A stretch of 62,307 bases of DNA, filler included. It is 4 parts of 4 records of this genome, joined end to end, with 100 filler letters (N's around TTAATTAATTAA, not from the genome) between each part and the next. Parts side by side here need not be neighbours in the genome. Positions count along the whole stretch, not along the records: positions 1 to 27,367 come from DRR723986_4960; 3 more parts are not named here. The stretch is one strand, 5' to 3'. A program made the translations under genes and the position numbers. Shown one piece after another: positions 9,612 to 19,992 of the stretch; the stretch's first letter is position 1; the number at the start of each line of letters is the position of its first letter. Below the pieces are notes generated by a model, which was not told the origin of the DNA, searched no databases, and saw only the letters and a list, made by a program, of their open reading frames with translations.

Positions 9612-10511
9612 TTATACAGCTTCGTAATTTACAGTTTTGGCAGTCTCTGTGTTTCGGGTTTTTCCGGCTACCAGTGATCCGGACACAATCAGCGTGCTGG
9701 CACCCGCAACGGCAATGGTTGCCTCGCCGAAGCCAAAAACGATGAGCAAGATGACCGAAATGAGAGGGGCGCTGTATGCAAGTGTTCCCAGCAGCTGGAT
9801 GTTCCCGTGCTTTACCCCGTAATCCCAGGTGAAAAAGGCGATGCCCACGGGGCCAAGGCCCAGGCCGACCACTCCGACCCATTGGCTTGCGCCATCCGGC
9901 CACACCGTTTGCTCCCACATCAGGTGGCACATCCAAGCCAGGACCGCGGTAACACCACAAAACCAGCCAACGGCATCGGTAGGCACAGATTTTACCAGAC
10001 GGCTGAGCACCGAATAGGACGACCAGATCAAGGCGCAGGCGAACGCCACCAAGTAGCCGTCCAGATTCTGGGCACTGAAGCCGCTGCTGTTCCGACCGAT
10101 CAGCAACCAGCAGCCAACCAGTGCCATCACCGCCCCAGCGATGTGCTGTGCCCACAAGGACTCGCCCGGCAAGAGCGCCGAAAACAGGACAATGAACAGC
10201 GGCCAGAGATAGGCCAGCAGGCTGACCTCGACCGCTGGTGCCAAGTTCATGGCCTTGAAGTAGGCAAAGTGATAGCCGAACAGGCCCACCACACCGATGG
10301 TCCAGGCAAAGGCGGATTGCTTCGCGAAGCGGATGCCCGTGTGCCCGCCCTTGAACCAACGGACACACATTAGTGCAAAAGGCAGTGTAAAGGTCATGGC
10401 CATGAGCTGAAATTCCGGAATCTGCCCGCCGGTAAGTTTGGTCAGCAGAGCCAGGGTGCCCCATAAAAGCACCGATATTGAGCCAATCCAGGTGGCGGAT
10501 GCCGCGGTCAT
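9612..10511 (-). CDS. EamA/DMT family exporter (YddG-like)
   Basis: About 10 hydrophobic segments, with LLAYLWPLFIVL and AFFTWDYGVKHG. Confidence 0.9.
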   Translation of the reverse strand: MTAASATWIGSISVLLWGTLALLTKLTGGQIPEFQLMAMTFTLPFALMCVRWFKGGHTGIRFAKQSAFAWTIGVVGLFGYHFAYFKAMNLAPAVEVSLLAYLWPLFIVLFSALLPGESLWAQHIAGAVMALVGCWLLIGRNSSGFSAQNLDGYLVAFACALIWSSYSVLSRLVKSVPTDAVGWFCGVTAVLAWMCHLMWEQTVWPDGASQWVGVVGLGLGPVGIAFFTWDYGVKHGNIQLLGTLAYSAPLISVILLIVFGFGEATIAVAGASTLIVSGSLVAGKTRNTETAKTVNYEAV

Positions 10512-10599
10512 AGTTGCGTCCTCTCAGTCAGAGATCAATCAGTTCAGACGCAACAGCTTATTGAGCCGGTGATGGGCAGGCTTTCAGAATTCGGAACGG

Positions 10600-11331
10600 T
10601 TATTTCGAAAGTCGGCGAAAATGACTGGGAGAGTGCCCGAAATGTTGGGCGAATCGATCACTGAAGGCTGACAGTGAGCTATAGCCCACGGCGTCGGCGA
10701 TGTGCTGGATCGACAGGTCACCCCGCTCGAGCAGTTGCCACGCCGTCTGCATCCGCAACTCGGTCAGATAATGATGGGGCGTCAAGCCCACCTGCTCCCG
10801 GAACAGCTGGTTCAGTTGCCGCACACTCAGGTGCGCGATGGTGGCCAGTTGATTGACGGTGATCTTCTGATGGAAATGCTCGTCGATGAAGCGTTTCGCC
10901 ACGTCCACTCGACGATCCAGCCGTAAACGGTCTCCGAAGCGCTCATGCAGCAGCTGGATCAGCAACAGCAACATCTGGTGTTGAGTCTGGGAGCCTTCCG
11001 CGCCCTGTTGCAACTGGGCATGGAGAAACTGCACGTAATGCTCCAGTCCGGCATCGAGCTGCACGAAACAGGGCAGACGGTCCAGCATCGGAGCCAAGCC
11101 ATCTGGAACGTCTGCGACCACAAACCGGTTGTCATCCCGGGCTTCGAAATCGTGATCCTGACCGGCGGCGATGATCGCCGCTCTGCCCTCAGCCACTTCC
11201 CCGGCCCGACTATTTACCGACAGAGAAAGTTTTCCCACCAAGGGCAGCACCAACTGATGATGATCATGGGCGTGTGTTTGCCCATGATCGCTGTAACTCT
11301 TCAGTTGGATTTTTGATCGCGCGTTCTTCAT
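10600..11331 (-). CDS. AraC family transcriptional regulator
   Basis: Cupin-like HAHDHHQLVLP and C-terminal IADAVGYSSLSAFSDRF...G.SP. Confidence 0.93.
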   Translation of the reverse strand: MKNARSKIQLKSYSDHGQTHAHDHHQLVLPLVGKLSLSVNSRAGEVAEGRAAIIAAGQDHDFEARDDNRFVVADVPDGLAPMLDRLPCFVQLDAGLEHYVQFLHAQLQQGAEGSQTQHQMLLLLIQLLHERFGDRLRLDRRVDVAKRFIDEHFHQKITVNQLATIAHLSVRQLNQLFREQVGLTPHHYLTELRMQTAWQLLERGDLSIQHIADAVGYSSLSAFSDRFAQHFGHSPSHFRRLSK

Positions 11332-11395
11332 GGTTTCGCATCATACAGAACGGCGTTCACTTCGGGCAGGTTATCGATCGACGCTCCGGGATTTC

Positions 11396-12559
11396 TCACT
11401 CACTGAAGGCATCGATCAAAACCTGGTGGCTGATCTCTGGTGTCATGTCGCCCCTCTCCGAGAGCTCGGTCATACCATGGGCTTTCAACGCCTCGACGAT
11501 GTCGGCCACCTGATTTTCTTTGACCCCGTATTGATCCAGGCGAGTGTGTACGCCCAGGCTCTCGAAGAATGCACGGGTCCGGGCGATGGCCTGGTCGATG
11601 CGCTCGTCCTCAGAGCCGTCGACAATGCCCCATACTCGCTCGGCGTACTGCAGGAGTTTTTCCCGCTTCTGCTCTTTACGGAGTTTCCAGACCGACGGCA
11701 GGATAATGGCGAGACTCTGCCCATGATCGATGCCGAACATGGCGGTCAGTTCGTGCCCAATCATATGGGTACTCCAATCCTGGGGAACGCCCACGCCAAT
11801 GTAGCCATTCAGCGCGGAGGTAGCCGCCCAGACCAGATTTGCACGGGCATCGTAGTCCTCCGGGTTGGCCAGGGTGACCGGGCCCACCTCGATCAGGGTC
11901 TTGAGAATACCTTCAGCGGTGCGGTCCTGAATCTGCGCATTGACCGGATAAGTTACATACTGTTCAACCACGTGCACGAAGGCGTCGACCACGCCGTTGG
12001 CGACCTGCCTGGTGGGCAGGGAGAAGGTCAGCGACGGGTCCAGGAACGAGAACGTCGGATACAACAGCGGGCTCATTACCGGCCATTTCCCGCCCTTATG
12101 GGAGACGACGGCGCCCATGTTCATTTCAGAACCGGTCGCCGGCAAGGTGGCAACGGTACCGAGTGGCAGTGCCTGCTCCACCGGAAGGCCGGCAAAGCCA
12201 TGCTCCAGCAGACTTTCCTCATCGCCCTCAAACGGCGCAGCCGCGGCCACGAACTTGGTGCCGTCCATCACCGAGCCACCGCCAACGGCCAGCAGGAAAT
12301 CGACGCTTTCCCGGCGGACAAGATCCACCGCTTCCATCAGGGTTTCGTAGCGCGGGTTGGGCTCAATGCCGGCAAACTCGAACACCGTCCGATCGCCCAG
12401 GCCGGCCAGCACTTTATCGAGGGTACCGAACCGCTTGACGCTGCCGCCACCATAAAGAACGAGCACCCGGGCATTCTTGGGAATGAGCTGATCCAGTTCC
12501 TGCAGACGGTCTTTGCCGAACACGATGCGGGTTGGGTTGTAGAAATCAAAATTTTGCAT
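11396..12559 (-). CDS. yqhD: Iron-containing NADPH-dependent aldehyde reductase / alcohol dehydrogenase
   Basis: NFDFYNPTRIVFG, AVGGGSVMDGTK, TLPATGSEMN and DWSTHMIGHELTA..GIDH. Confidence 0.93.
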   Translation of the reverse strand: MQNFDFYNPTRIVFGKDRLQELDQLIPKNARVLVLYGGGSVKRFGTLDKVLAGLGDRTVFEFAGIEPNPRYETLMEAVDLVRRESVDFLLAVGGGSVMDGTKFVAAAAPFEGDEESLLEHGFAGLPVEQALPLGTVATLPATGSEMNMGAVVSHKGGKWPVMSPLLYPTFSFLDPSLTFSLPTRQVANGVVDAFVHVVEQYVTYPVNAQIQDRTAEGILKTLIEVGPVTLANPEDYDARANLVWAATSALNGYIGVGVPQDWSTHMIGHELTAMFGIDHGQSLAIILPSVWKLRKEQKREKLLQYAERVWGIVDGSEDERIDQAIARTRAFFESLGVHTRLDQYGVKENQVADIVEALKAHGMTELSERGDMTPEISHQVLIDAFSE

Positions 12560-12725
12560 AATCCTCTCTCCTCATCAAAGCGTGGAGAGATTGTATCGCC
12601 GCAAGACCAAATCAGAATGGGCATTTCGATCACTGGCATGCCTTTTTCTATCATTAACGACACGACTAGGCATTTTAATGCATCACAGGTAAGATGGCCT
12701 CTACGCCCACTCAGGAGACCGACCG

Positions 12726-13613
12726 ATGCCCACACTCGCCCAACTGCTGGCCCCACTTGCAGCGACCGAGGGCTACAACCCAACACCGATTGAGGGCGTC
12801 GGCGTCTACCGAAGCAACGAAACCACGGGCAGAGAGCCGCTCTGTTACAGCCAGGGCATCATTATCATGGCCCAGGGCACCAAACGGGTGTTTCTCGACA
12901 ACCAGGTGTACGAGTACAACCCCGACAACTACCTTGTGCTGACCCTGCCCACGCCCGCTGACTGCGAGGCAATCACGCCACCCGATGGCCCCCTGCTCTC
13001 CCTGGTCATGGACCTGGATCTGTCGGCATTGCATGAGCTGGTGCGGATTTTCGATGAGTGCCGTCAGACCGGCGGTGCCAACGCACCCGCACTGAATGCG
13101 CACACCTTGTACGTGGCTCCGGCCACTCGCGCCTTCAACGCCAGCGTGGTTCGGCTGGCCGAGGCGCTGAATGACCCGCTGGCGGCCAAGGCCATCGGAC
13201 CGGGCCTGAAAAAGGAACTGTTGCTGCACGCGCTCCGGGGCCCGAACGGCGCCTCGCTGGTGGATCTGGTGCGGCATAACACCCAACTTTCCCGACTGGA
13301 GCCGGTGCTCAAGCATGTTCATGCGCACTTTTCGGAACCGCTGGATGTCGAACAGCTGGCCGCTCTTGCCAACATGAGTCCGGCGACCTTCCACCGCAAC
13401 TTCCGGCAGGTGGCCGCCCAGTCCCCCATTCAGTACATCAAGCGGATCCGGCTGACCCGGGCCCGGGAGCTGCTGGTGGATCAGGGTGTGAAGGTCAGCC
13501 AGGCCGCATCCCTGGTTGGCTACGAAAGCGCCAGCCAGTTCAGCCGGGAGTTCAAGCGGTTTTACGGGCAACCACCACAAGCGGTCACTATGGCGCTGCA
13601 AACCACCGCCTGA
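12726..13613 (+). CDS. yqhC: AraC family regulator (YqhC-like), divergent from yqhD
   Basis: AraC_N domain (QGTKRVFL..VYEY.PDNYLVL) and C-terminal VGYESASQFSREFKRFYG. Gene context matches yqhC-yqhD. Confidence 0.85.
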   Translation: MPTLAQLLAPLAATEGYNPTPIEGVGVYRSNETTGREPLCYSQGIIIMAQGTKRVFLDNQVYEYNPDNYLVLTLPTPADCEAITPPDGPLLSLVMDLDLSALHELVRIFDECRQTGGANAPALNAHTLYVAPATRAFNASVVRLAEALNDPLAAKAIGPGLKKELLLHALRGPNGASLVDLVRHNTQLSRLEPVLKHVHAHFSEPLDVEQLAALANMSPATFHRNFRQVAAQSPIQYIKRIRLTRARELLVDQGVKVSQAASLVGYESASQFSREFKRFYGQPPQAVTMALQTTA

Positions 13614-13627
13614 AACGCTGCATCGAC

Positions 13628-14230
13628 TCAGACAGCCTTCAGCTGGTGCCGTCCACAGGGAGAATTGACCATAATGTCATGCCAGCGTTCCTGGAGCAGA
13701 TTCTCCATCTTCTCCCGGAGCCAAACGACTCCGGGGTCGCGGTCATGACGGGCGTGCCAGATCAGGTATAGACTCGTCGGATCGACGTCGAAGGGAAGCT
13801 CACCCATCCATAGGCCGTTCACGAAACCACAATCCTGGCCAATCAATTCAGGGACAGCAGCAATGAGATTGGTTTCTCTGAGTACTTCCGGAACGGTTGA
13901 GAAATGATTAACAGTCGCCGCTATCCGGCGGCTCATACCCTTTTGATCGAGATAGCTGTCCACGAAGCCATGGGCATCGCCTGACATACTTACCAGAAGA
14001 TGCCGCGCCTCAAGGAATTCTTCCATGGTGATCTGTCGACCGGCCAGTGGATGGTCGGCGCGCATGGCGAGCACGTAGCCCCCCTCGAAAAGCCAGGTAC
14101 TTCGGAGGCTGTAATCGTGTTGAGATAAAACGCCCACCGCCACGTCAACATGGGCTTCTCGCAGATCGACGTGGGTGCCTTCGGGTGTGTAAGGTACCGC
14201 GTGCACATCAACACCAGTTGCCAAGCGCAA
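13628..14230 (-). pseudogene. Truncated LysR regulator (NodD/DntR/MexT-type effector domain only, no HTH)
   Basis: AMRADHPLA, HLLVSMSGD..GFVD..L...G..RRIA.TVNHF and WHARHDRDPG..WLR. An in-frame stop at 14252-14254 leaves no room for an HTH. Confidence 0.85.
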
Positions 14231-14251
14231 TCGTGGTATTCCGCTAGCGTT

Positions 14252-15202
14252 TCATGTCTGTTGGTCGGACAGCCGTGGTTGTTCATTTCCGCCAAAACCT
14301 TCCAACCAGGGTGGCCGCTCACCAATCCGCTGCAACAGGAAATCGATAAAAACTCTCACTTTTGCGGTCAGGACATTTGATTTCGGGTACACCAACCAGA
14401 GCGCTGGCTCGGAGTCCATCCGGTACTCGGGCAGAAGTTGAACAAGCGCGCCTATACTCAGCTCATGGTGCACGCTCCAGAGCGCGTGCATGGCTATCCC
14501 TGCACCTGCCATAGTTGCAATCTTGTAGCTCAGGCCATCATCAATGATAAGTCGGTTACGGCAGTTGCGGGGATTGAACTCTCCTTTTTCGCCGTTTGGT
14601 CCCATTAAAGTGATCGCTGCTTGCGTCTTGAAGGCTATAAGTTGATGGGCACTCAAGTCGCGGGGGCTCTGAGGGCACCCCCACTTGGCCAGGTAATCCG
14701 GAGATGCACAGAAAATCCGGCGGTCCTCAGCCAGCTTACGGGCTTTGAGGTTGCTGTCCGGCAGCACCGAATCTCTTAATGCCAGATCGAAACTGCCCTG
14801 AATGAGGTCCAGCTCCATATCGGACAATCGCAAGTCCAGATTAATACCCGGATACATCTCCAGAAACTCTGGAACTAAGGGCACGATATATTGCTGGGCA
14901 AAGGTGCTGGAGGCGGTAAATCGCAGAGTGCCCGACACCTTTTCATTGCCAAATCCCATCGCGGCCATCGCAGCGTTCTCTTGGGCCAGAATCTCCCTGG
15001 CAAAAGGCAGGAACTCCGCACCCTCGGTAGACAGCGCCACCTTACGGGTTGATCGCCGCAAAAGGTCTGCTCCGACAGCTTTCTCGAGCTTTGCCAACCT
15101 TGCGCTGGCAACCGCTGGCGGCATCCCCAGCTCCCGTCCGGCGGCACTGATGTTGAGCTTTTCAGCCGCGAGAACAAACAGCTTAATTCCTTCGGTGTCC
15201 AC
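14252..15202 (-). CDS. LysR family regulator (CrgA-like)
   Basis: HTH NISAAGRELGM...LAKLE...LLRRSTRKVALS.EG and C-terminal AKVRVFIDFL. GTG start. Confidence 0.95.
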   Translation of the reverse strand: MDTEGIKLFVLAAEKLNISAAGRELGMPPAVASARLAKLEKAVGADLLRRSTRKVALSTEGAEFLPFAREILAQENAAMAAMGFGNEKVSGTLRFTASSTFAQQYIVPLVPEFLEMYPGINLDLRLSDMELDLIQGSFDLALRDSVLPDSNLKARKLAEDRRIFCASPDYLAKWGCPQSPRDLSAHQLIAFKTQAAITLMGPNGEKGEFNPRNCRNRLIIDDGLSYKIATMAGAGIAMHALWSVHHELSIGALVQLLPEYRMDSEPALWLVYPKSNVLTAKVRVFIDFLLQRIGERPPWLEGFGGNEQPRLSDQQT

Positions 15203-15215
15203 GACTTTATATCCA

Positions 15216-15233
15216 TTTTACGAATTCTGAAAA
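15216..15233. promoter_or_regulatory. Probable LysR recognition site
   Basis: Imperfect dyad TTTTACGAATTCTGAAAA in the divergent intergenic region. Confidence 0.5.
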
Positions 15234-15320
15234 CCATTATTGGGCATTTATTCGTTTTTTGCGACCCCTTAATCTGTTCTCACACGCTTGGACAAACCAC
15301 CAGCAAACTGGAGTCACACA

Positions 15321-16307
15321 ATGAAAGCAATGGTTCTCAATCAATACGGCCCTGATGCAGCGTTTGAGCAGGCCGACATGGCGGCGCCTTCGGCACAACC
15401 CGGCCAGGTAATCGTCCGCGTTGCGGCAACGAGCATCAACACCGTCGACACCATGATTCGCCAGATGGGCAAGGACCTCCCGCTGGCACCGGACCTGCCG
15501 GCAGTGCTCGGCATGGACTTCGCCGGAACCATTGAGGCAGTGGGCGAAGGCGTGAGCGGTTTTGCGCTCGGTGATGAAGTGTATGGTTGTGCTGGCGGTT
15601 TGGCCGATCTGCAGGGCGCGCTCGCCGAATTGATGCCCGCCGACGCACGCTTGATTGCCCACAAGCCCAAACGTCTGTCGATGCGTGAGGCAGCTGCATT
15701 GCCGTTGGTTGGGATCACGGCATTTGAGGGCCTGCAGAGAGCCGGCGTAAAGGCCGGACAGAAAGTGCTGGTGCACGGTGGCACCGGTGGTGTAGGCCAT
15801 GTCGCGGTTCAGTTGGCCAAGCACTTTGGTGCCACTGTTTATTCAACCGCCTCCGGTGAACAGGCATTCGACATCGTCAAAAGCTACGGCGCTACACCGA
15901 TCGATTACAGAACTGAAACCGTTGCAGACTATGTGGAGGCTCACACCTCAGGTGCCGGCTTTGACGTGGTTTTCGATTCGGTCGGTGGCGCAAACATGAC
16001 CAACAGCTTTGATGCGGCAGCCCTCAATGGCCATGTGAGTACGACTGTCGCCATGGTTGAACTGGATCTTACCACCGCTCACTTTAAAGGCCTGTCGATT
16101 CACGTTGTCTTCATGCTGATTCCCATGCTGCACAACCATCACCGGGAAGCGCACGGTGAAATCCTGGCCCAACTAGCGCAGATTGTGGATCTGGGGGGCG
16201 TCAAGCCGCTTCTGGATGAGCAGACATTCAGTCTCTCCGAAGTGGGCAAGGCCCATGATCGTCTGACCAGTGGCCAGGCCATCGGTAAGGTTGTCGTGGA
16301 GGTTTAA
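15321..16307 (+). CDS. Zn-ADH-like / quinone oxidoreductase (MDR superfamily)
   Basis: LGMDFAG, AAALPLVGITA, LVHGGTGGVGH.AVQLAK and GKVV. ATG 15321 follows GGAG. Confidence 0.93.
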   Translation: MKAMVLNQYGPDAAFEQADMAAPSAQPGQVIVRVAATSINTVDTMIRQMGKDLPLAPDLPAVLGMDFAGTIEAVGEGVSGFALGDEVYGCAGGLADLQGALAELMPADARLIAHKPKRLSMREAAALPLVGITAFEGLQRAGVKAGQKVLVHGGTGGVGHVAVQLAKHFGATVYSTASGEQAFDIVKSYGATPIDYRTETVADYVEAHTSGAGFDVVFDSVGGANMTNSFDAAALNGHVSTTVAMVELDLTTAHFKGLSIHVVFMLIPMLHNHHREAHGEILAQLAQIVDLGGVKPLLDEQTFSLSEVGKAHDRLTSGQAIGKVVVEV

Positions 16308-16310
16308 GCA

Positions 16311-17282
16311 ATGCCCGCACTGAACGAGAGCACAAAGACATTCGCCCGTATCAATCGTGGCTACAATCAGGTGTTTCAGCCAAATCGGTTGAGTATTGGT
16401 CTGGTTGCGCCACTGGAGAGATATGCCAAGGGACCCGTGCCGACGATGGATCGCCACCTTGAACGCGTGCGATTGGCGGAGAAGGCCGGGTTTTCCTCGG
16501 TGTGGTTGCGCGATGTCCCGTTCAATGTGCCTTCGTTCGGTGATGCCGGCCAGGTATTCGATCCATTCGTTTACCTCGGTTTTCTGGCGGGCCAGACTGA
16601 ACGGATCGCCCTGGGTGTTGCGAGCATGATATTACCGCTTCGGCACCCCGCTCACGTTGCGAAAGCCGCAGCAACGGCCGATCAACTGTCCGGTGGTCGT
16701 TTGATACTCGGGATCGCATCGGGCGACCGACCGGATGAATACCCTGCTCTCAACGAGAACTACGCAAACCGGGGTGAGCGTTTTCGGGACAGTTTCGAAT
16801 ACATCCGCAGGATGGCCGATAGCGCGCCGGCATTCGAAAACCGTTATGGCCAGACCAACGGTGAGATGGACATGCCGCCAAAGCCAACGGCAGAAAAGAT
16901 TCCGATGCTGATTACCGGGGGCAGCCAACAGACCCCGCAATGGGGCGCTCGCCACAGTGATGGGTGGATTACCTACCCACGGAACATTGACGACCAGGCA
17001 AACGCCGTGAGGTCCTGGCGTGAGAGCATCCCCGGTGAAACAGGGTTTTCAAAGCCCGTGATGCAATCCCTGTACATTGACCTTCTGGCAGACCCCAATG
17101 CTCCACCTCAGCCCATTCATCTGGGCTTCAGATCAGGCATGAAGTTCCTGAAGGCTTACCTCAAATCACTCGAAGAAATCGGCGTAAACCATGTAGCGCT
17201 GAACCTGCGATTCAACCAGGTGGATATTGAAGATACGCTACTGTACCTGGCAGAAGACCTGCTCCCTGAATTCCCGGCATAA
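16311..17282 (+). CDS. Luciferase-like (LLM) oxidoreductase, BA3436/TIGR03571-type
   Basis: WLRDVPF...FGDAGQVFDP, LPLRHP and LGIASGDRP.EYP. Confidence 0.88.
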   Translation: MPALNESTKTFARINRGYNQVFQPNRLSIGLVAPLERYAKGPVPTMDRHLERVRLAEKAGFSSVWLRDVPFNVPSFGDAGQVFDPFVYLGFLAGQTERIALGVASMILPLRHPAHVAKAAATADQLSGGRLILGIASGDRPDEYPALNENYANRGERFRDSFEYIRRMADSAPAFENRYGQTNGEMDMPPKPTAEKIPMLITGGSQQTPQWGARHSDGWITYPRNIDDQANAVRSWRESIPGETGFSKPVMQSLYIDLLADPNAPPQPIHLGFRSGMKFLKAYLKSLEEIGVNHVALNLRFNQVDIEDTLLYLAEDLLPEFPA

Positions 17283-17293
17283 GGACACACACC

Positions 17294-18106
17294 ATGACCA
17301 AGAAAATACTGATCACCGGCGCCACGGATGGAATCGGGCTGGAAACCGCAAAGCGTCTTTATTCCGAGGGCCACACCTTGCTGTTGCACGGAAGGAACGC
17401 AGAAAAGCTGGCGACGACAGAAAAAACGTTGGCAAATGGTACAGGCGCGGGACTGATCTACACCTATAAAGCGGATTTATCGCGCCTGTCAGAAGTGGAT
17501 TCACTCGCAAACGTCATCGCCAAAGAGCATGACCAATTGGACGTCATCATCAACAACGCCGGTGTCCTGCGGGTTCCTGAAACCATCACCCAGGACGGAC
17601 TGGATGTGCGGTTTGCGGTGAACACGGTTGCCCCCTATCTCCTGACAAAGCGCCTTTTGCCGCTTATGAGGCCAGCATCACGGGTGGTCAACCTCTCATC
17701 GGCCGCGCAGGCTCCAGTGGAACTTGACGCCCTCGGCGGGAAAAAACGCCTTCTCGAAGACATGCAGGCCTACGCCCAAAGCAAGCTGGCATTAACGATG
17801 TGGAACAACGCTCTGGCCGCATCATACAGCAACGAAGGACCGGTATTCGTTGCCGTTAATCCGGGGTCCTTGCTGGCATCCAAAATGGTTAAAGAGGGCT
17901 TTGGCATTGCGGGGAAAAGCCTGTCGATCGGAGCAGACGTCCTCGTTCGAGCGGCGCTTTCAGAAGAGTTTGCCGGTGCCTCAGGCCTTTATTTCGACAA
18001 CGACAAGGGACAGTTCGGCCCGCCGCATCCGGACGCACTGAACGGAGCGAAGTGCGCATCGATAGTTGCGGGTATCGAAGAGCTGGTCGGCCGCTCAAAG
18101 CCGTAA
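17294..18106 (+). CDS. SDR family oxidoreductase
   Basis: TGATDGIG, NNAG and catalytic YAQSK. Confidence 0.95.
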   Translation: MTKKILITGATDGIGLETAKRLYSEGHTLLLHGRNAEKLATTEKTLANGTGAGLIYTYKADLSRLSEVDSLANVIAKEHDQLDVIINNAGVLRVPETITQDGLDVRFAVNTVAPYLLTKRLLPLMRPASRVVNLSSAAQAPVELDALGGKKRLLEDMQAYAQSKLALTMWNNALAASYSNEGPVFVAVNPGSLLASKMVKEGFGIAGKSLSIGADVLVRAALSEEFAGASGLYFDNDKGQFGPPHPDALNGAKCASIVAGIEELVGRSKP

Positions 18107-18155
18107 CGTTTAAGTCCGGCAACCACGAGGCTCGCCGGACTCGCTCATCTCTTGT

Positions 18156-18749
18156 TCAGAGATTCTGGTTGGCGACCTCAATCGCCAGTTTGCCCGAGAA
18201 GCGTTTGGCCATGAAATCCTCCTGGGCATTTACAACATCACGCAGAGCGTATTTTTTTGCCACCACGGGGCGAATTTCATTGCGCTCAATATAGCCAATC
18301 AGATTCTCGAACACCTTTTTGGGCTGCCAAGTGGAGCCCAAAAGGCTCAGATCTTTCAGGTACAGAGTGCGAACATCCAGCTCCACCATTGGCCCTGCAA
18401 TGGCACCGGAGGCCACATACCGACCACCCCTTGCCAATACCTCCAACAGCTCCGGCCATTGGGGGCCTGGCACCAGATCAGCCACAACCTGAATACTGTC
18501 TTTCTCCAGACTATTCAGCAGCGACTGCCCCCGCGCAATGACCTGATCCGCTCCCAGCCTGCGAACCTCCTCAAACTTGGACTCGCCACTGACGGCGATG
18601 ACCTCAGCTCCCCGGCGCTTGGCCAGTTGGATAGCCGCTGACCCGACACCGCCCGAAGCGCCGGTAATGAGTATCCGTTCGCCATTTTTCAAGTCAGCCT
18701 TTTCGAGCATGCCTTCTGCGGTCGAGTAAGCGCATGGGAATGAAGCGAG
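18156..18749 (-). pseudogene. C-terminal half of a Zn-binding alcohol dehydrogenase family gene
   Basis: The frame reads *GK-LASFPCAYSTAEGMLEK...ITGASGGVGSAAIQLAK, with a stop at 18756-18758. The N-terminal GroES domain is absent. Confidence 0.85.
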
Positions 18750-19027
18750 CTTCCCTCAATTACGAGGCGGTTTTGACAAGCACTGACGTAGATAATCTCT
18801 ACGCCGCAGTTGAATCAGGAATGGCCATGGCCCTACTCCCCGAATCTTCTGTAATCTCGCCCAAAGTCCGACCGGTTCGACTGAACCAACTGCCGGGGCA
18901 GAGGCAATTGACCATGAATATCATCACCGCTGGCACCCTGAGCTCCAGCTTTAATGAACCTCTTCACGAATGCCTGCTGGCTGCCGCCCGGGCCACTCAT
19001 GATCGGGCAGCAGGCAGGTCGGGATAG
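18750..19027 (+). pseudogene. C-terminal fragment of a LysR effector domain
   Basis: TSTDVDNLYAAVESGMAMALLPES is a LysR substrate-domain motif. No HTH. Back-to-back with the ADH fragment. Confidence 0.7.
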
Positions 19028-19062
19028 GCGGATGGATCGCTATTTTACCCCAACCGGCAACG

Positions 19063-19992
19063 TCAACGGACCTGCCCGGCCAGTAGCTCATCGAGCGGAG
19101 TTTCTAGATTTTCAGGTTCCGCCGAGCGGGTAGAAAGCCAGGCCTGAGCAATGCCTGAGGTTATGATCAATGCGCACCCGGCCAGCTGCAGGTTGTTCAG
19201 GCCTTGATCGAAAAGCACCCAGGCGAGCGCCACAACGGTAATCGGCTCAAGATAGGCCAGTGTGCCGAATGTTGCAGCCGGCAATGACTTAAGAGCGATC
19301 ACGGCCAACATGATGGCGAGAAAGCCTGGAACAATCCCGGCTGCGACCAGCCAGCCCCACTGATTGAGGCTCATTGGTTCTATCTCTAGCGCCATCAGCG
19401 GCAGCATGCATAGCGCACCCGACAGCATCTGGTAACCACTGCGGGTCAATACCGGAATACGGTCATCAATCAGACGGTTGGTCAGCATGAAGGCGGTGTA
19501 GCAGAGCATCGCCAGCGCGGCATAAGCTAGCCCAATCGCCTCCTCTGCACGGCCACTGATGCTGAAATTGAACTCCATCATCATGGCAAATCCCAGCAAT
19601 GCCCCGCCAATCAATCCTACGCCCAAGGAGGTCAATCGCTCTCCCAGGAAAAAATGAGCCACCAGCGAGGCCGTGACTGGCGCCAGATAGAGCACCATCA
19701 CCGCATTGGCCATTGCCGTGTAATCAACCGCCATGATGTAGAAAACTACGAACCCGGCCAGAAACGCGCCGGTCAGAAGAACCTTGCCACCGGGCCACAT
19801 CAGCGCCTTCTGGCGTTGCCCACTGACTAGCAAATAAACCGCCATGAGCACGGCGCCGATAAAAAGGCGGAAGAAGGTTACGACTTCTGCCCTGGCATTC
19901 GCGAATACCGAAATCGCGCCAATGGTGCCCATGAAAATGGCAGAAAATGCCGCTGCCCAGAGAAAAAAAGCGGCGCCTTTTGATTGGTTCAT
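19063..19992 (-). CDS. EamA/DMT family transporter
   Basis: About 10 TM segments, with LYLAP...FLGE and LAYLEP. ATG 19992 preferred. Confidence 0.9.
   Translation of the reverse strand: MNQSKGAAFFLWAAAFSAIFMGTIGAISVFANARAEVVTFFRLFIGAVLMAVYLLVSGQRQKALMWPGGKVLLTGAFLAGFVVFYIMAVDYTAMANAVMVLYLAPVTASLVAHFFLGERLTSLGVGLIGGALLGFAMMMEFNFSISGRAEEAIGLAYAALAMLCYTAFMLTNRLIDDRIPVLTRSGYQMLSGALCMLPLMALEIEPMSLNQWGWLVAAGIVPGFLAIMLAVIALKSLPAATFGTLAYLEPITVVALAWVLFDQGLNNLQLAGCALIITSGIAQAWLSTRSAEPENLETPLDELLAGQVR

Noticed and set aside
9592-10464. 290-aa alternative-frame ORF over the DMT gene
   Set aside because: Overlaps a clear EamA gene and has an Arg/Pro-rich off-frame composition.
11330-12793. 487-aa plus-strand ORF
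   Set aside because: Antisense shadow of yqhD with no recognisable motifs.
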